From the NCBI GenBank assembly GCA_963702435.1, contig CAVPCR010000002.1, forward strand, positions 20,999 through 84,998: a stretch of 64,000 nucleotides of DNA. Direction: 5' to 3'. The position numbers were made by a program, and so were the translations under genes. Positions 61,728 to 64,000 of the stretch are shown one piece after another. The notes below the pieces were generated by a model that saw only the letters and a list, made by a program, of their open reading frames with translations, was not told the DNA's origin and made no database searches. The first letter of the stretch is position 1. The number at the start of each line of letters is the position of its first letter. The DNA comes from Candidatus Eiseniibacteriota bacterium (GTDB lineage Bacteria; Eisenbacteria; RBG-16-71-46; CAVPCR01).

Positions 61728-63140
61728 ATGGTAGACACGACGACGACCCAGGCCGCCGCCAGGAAGACGGAGACCGTCACCGCCGCGATGGCGCGTTTCG
61801 CCGCCGGGCTACGCTACGAGGACCTCTCGCCCGAGGCGATCCGCGAGGCCAAGCGCTATCTCCTCGATTCGTTCGGCTGCGCCCTCGGCGGCTACGGCCA
61901 GCACGACGTGAAGATCGCCCTCCAGGTGCTCGACGAGATCGCGGGCGAAGGCCCGGCGACCGTGATCGGCACCGGCCGGAAGATCGACCCCGTATCGGCC
62001 GCCCTCGCCAACGCGCTCATGGTCCGCGTCATGGACTACAACGACATCTACTGGCAGGCAGATCCGTCGCACCCGTCCGACTTGATCCCGGCGGCGATCG
62101 CGTGCGCCGAGCGCACGCACCGGGACGGGAAGGAGCTCCTCGTCGGCATCCTCCTCGCCTACGAGTTCGAGATGCGGCTCTGCGAGATCGGCGTGCCGGG
62201 GATCCGCGAGCGCGGCTGGCACCACGCGACCCTGACCGCGCTCGCCGCCCCGATCGCCGCCGGGCGCATGCTCGGGCTCGACGCCGAGCAGATCCAGCAT
62301 GCGATCGGCATCTCCGGGAGCCGGCACGCGACCCTCGGCGCCGTCACCGCCGGGAAGCTCACCATGATGAAGAACACGGTCGATCCGCTCGCCACCCAGA
62401 GCGGCGTCCTCGCGGCGCTCCTCGCCGAGAAGGGTTACTCGGGGCCCGAGCACGTGATCGACGGCAAGGAAGGGCTCGCCCACTGCCTCAAGCCCGAGTG
62501 GAAGCTCAACCTCCTCACCGACGGGCTCGGCGAGTCCTGGCGCATCCTCCGCTGCGGGATGAAGGCCTTCCCCACCGAGGCGCTGACGCATGCGCCCATC
62601 TCGGCGGTGCTCGAGATCGTGAAGGGGAACGATCTCAAGCCCGACGACGTGACCGAGATCCACATCCGGTCGCTGGCGCGCGCCGCCGACATCCTCGCCG
62701 ATCCGTCGAAGTACGATCCGCGCACCAAGGAGACGGCCGACCACTCGCTTCCGTACTGCATCGCCGCGGCGCTCGTCGACCGGCAGATGACCCCGGTCCA
62801 GTTCACGATGGAGCGGATCATGGATCCGACCATCCGGGCGCAGCTCACCAAGGTGAAGGTGGTGGCCGATCCCGAGATCGAGGCCGTCTTCCCGAAGCTC
62901 CAGCGGGTGAAGGTCAAGATCACGACGCGCTCCGGCCGCACCTTCGAGAAGGAGCTCGACTACCCGAAGGGCGATCCGCGCCACCCGCTCACCGACCAGG
63001 AGGTCGAGGAGAAGTTCGACGCACTCGCCGCGGACGTGCTCTCGGCCAAGGGCCGGCAGGCGCTCAAGGACGCGGTCTGGAATCTCGAGAAGCAGCACTC
63101 GGTGAGCGCGCTCATGGACCTGACCGCGGCCGGGCGCTAG
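61728..63140 (+). CDS. prpD: MmgE/PrpD family protein (2-methylcitrate dehydratase-like)
   Basis: LLDSFGCALG, RVMDYND, HPSD, GWHHAT, KAFPTE, PRTKETADHSLPY, PKGDPR. Confidence 0.88.
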   Translation: MVDTTTTQAAARKTETVTAAMARFAAGLRYEDLSPEAIREAKRYLLDSFGCALGGYGQHDVKIALQVLDEIAGEGPATVIGTGRKIDPVSAALANALMVRVMDYNDIYWQADPSHPSDLIPAAIACAERTHRDGKELLVGILLAYEFEMRLCEIGVPGIRERGWHHATLTALAAPIAAGRMLGLDAEQIQHAIGISGSRHATLGAVTAGKLTMMKNTVDPLATQSGVLAALLAEKGYSGPEHVIDGKEGLAHCLKPEWKLNLLTDGLGESWRILRCGMKAFPTEALTHAPISAVLEIVKGNDLKPDDVTEIHIRSLARAADILADPSKYDPRTKETADHSLPYCIAAALVDRQMTPVQFTMERIMDPTIRAQLTKVKVVADPEIEAVFPKLQRVKVKITTRSGRTFEKELDYPKGDPRHPLTDQEVEEKFDALAADVLSAKGRQALKDAVWNLEKQHSVSALMDLTAAGR

Positions 63141-63164
63141 CCGGGCGCAAGGAGGAAGCGCGCG

Positions 63165-64000
63165 ATGGGACAGACCGTCGTCGAGAAGATCGCGGAGGCG
63201 CACATGGCGGAAGGGCCCTCGCGCCCGCTCCGCACCGGGGACTTCCTCTCCATCCGGCCCCGGCACGTCATGACCCACGACAACACGTCCGCGGTCATGA
63301 AGAAGTGGAAGACGATCGGGGCGAAGAAGGTGAAGGATCCACGGCAGCCGGTCTTCGCCCTCGATCACGACATCCAGAACCGGGAGCCGGATAACCTCGC
63401 CAAGTACGCGGCGATCGAGGCCTTCGCGAAGGAGCACGGGATCGACTTCTACGCCGCGGGGACCGGGATCGGGCACCAGATCGTGGTCGAGCGCGGGTAC
63501 GCGCTCCCCGCGAGCTTCGTCGTCGCCTCCGATTCGCACTCGAACATGTACGGGGCGCTCGGCGCCGTGGGCACACCGGTGGTCCGCACCGACGCCGCTG
63601 CGATCTGGGCTACCGGCGAGTTCTGGTGGATGATACCGCCCACGGTTCAAGTGATGCTGGAAGGACAGCTCGCCCCCGGCGTGACCGGCAAGGACGTGAT
63701 CGTCACGCTCTGCGGGCTCTACAACCAGGAGGAGGTCTTGAACGCCGCGGTCGAGTTCGCCGGCCCCGGGGTGGCGGGCCTCTCCATGGACGCGCGGCTG
63801 ACGATCGCCAACATGACGACCGAGTGGGGGGCGCTCGTCGGCTGGTTCCCGGTCGACCGGGTCACGCTCGACTACCTCGCCGCGCAGCGCGCGAAGCTCG
63901 GCGCCGCCGGCGGCGACCGCATCCGCGCCGCCGATCTCGAGGCCTGGGCGACCAGACCGCCCGCCCCCGACCGCGACGCGATGCTACGCCGCTCGCATCA
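63165..64000 (+). CDS. lysF: Fungal-type homoaconitase (Lys4/LysF-like aconitase family), 3' truncated by window
   Basis: Manual translation: [82 protein letters not shown]; RBS AGGAGG; possible indel near 63983. Confidence 0.82.
   Translation, partial: MGQTVVEKIAEAHMAEGPSRPLRTGDFLSIRPRHVMTHDNTSAVMKKWKTIGAKKVKDPRQPVFALDHDIQNREPDNLAKYAAIEAFAKEHGIDFYAAGTGIGHQIVVERGYALPASFVVASDSHSNMYGALGAVGTPVVRTDAAAIWATGEFWWMIPPTVQVMLEGQLAPGVTGKDVIVTLCGLYNQEEVLNAAVEFAGPGVAGLSMDARLTIANMTTEWGALVGWFPVDRVTLDYLAAQRAKLGAAGGDRIRAADLEAWATRPPAPDRDAMLRRSH

Overview
This is a very GC-rich bacterial chromosomal segment. FlgD-type C-terminal domains, a C25 gingipain and TWGxIK-tailed secreted proteins suggest an FCB-related candidate lineage such as Eisenbacteria, Krumholzibacteriota or Latescibacterota (inference only). 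The window appears to span the replication terminus: a 28-bp dif-like site lies at 26753-26780, genes to its left are on + and most genes to its right are on -. Left arm: end of an EPS locus (GT4, polysaccharide deacetylase, two priming sugar transferases with sigma-54-like promoters), a CpaE-like ATPase, an NtrC-type regulator, wbpB/D/E-like genes, lptE-holA-trxA, a frameshift-riddled leuS (probably sequencing error), a secreted thioredoxin, a ~1600-aa C25 peptidase, and a tandem array of 8-Cys secreted paralogs ending in TWGxIKxxY. Right arm: an accessory-looking block (MarR, CHRD-TWGxIK protein, M48 peptidase, cyclase, fused CcsBA, DUF2341/LamG protein, DUF547 fragment), then HtrA-like protease, GH57, a SNF2/YqhG-like pair, xerD, rpsT, GpgS-like transferase, a peptidase-TolB-Omp85 fusion, dapB/dapA, argF, pntA2/pntB without the alpha-1 subunit, an HD-like protein, PrpD and a fungal-type homoaconitase. 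The best candidate for an undescribed system is the TWGxIK C-terminal sorting motif array next to a PorU/gingipain-like C25 protease. All calls come from reading motifs by eye; no database search was run.
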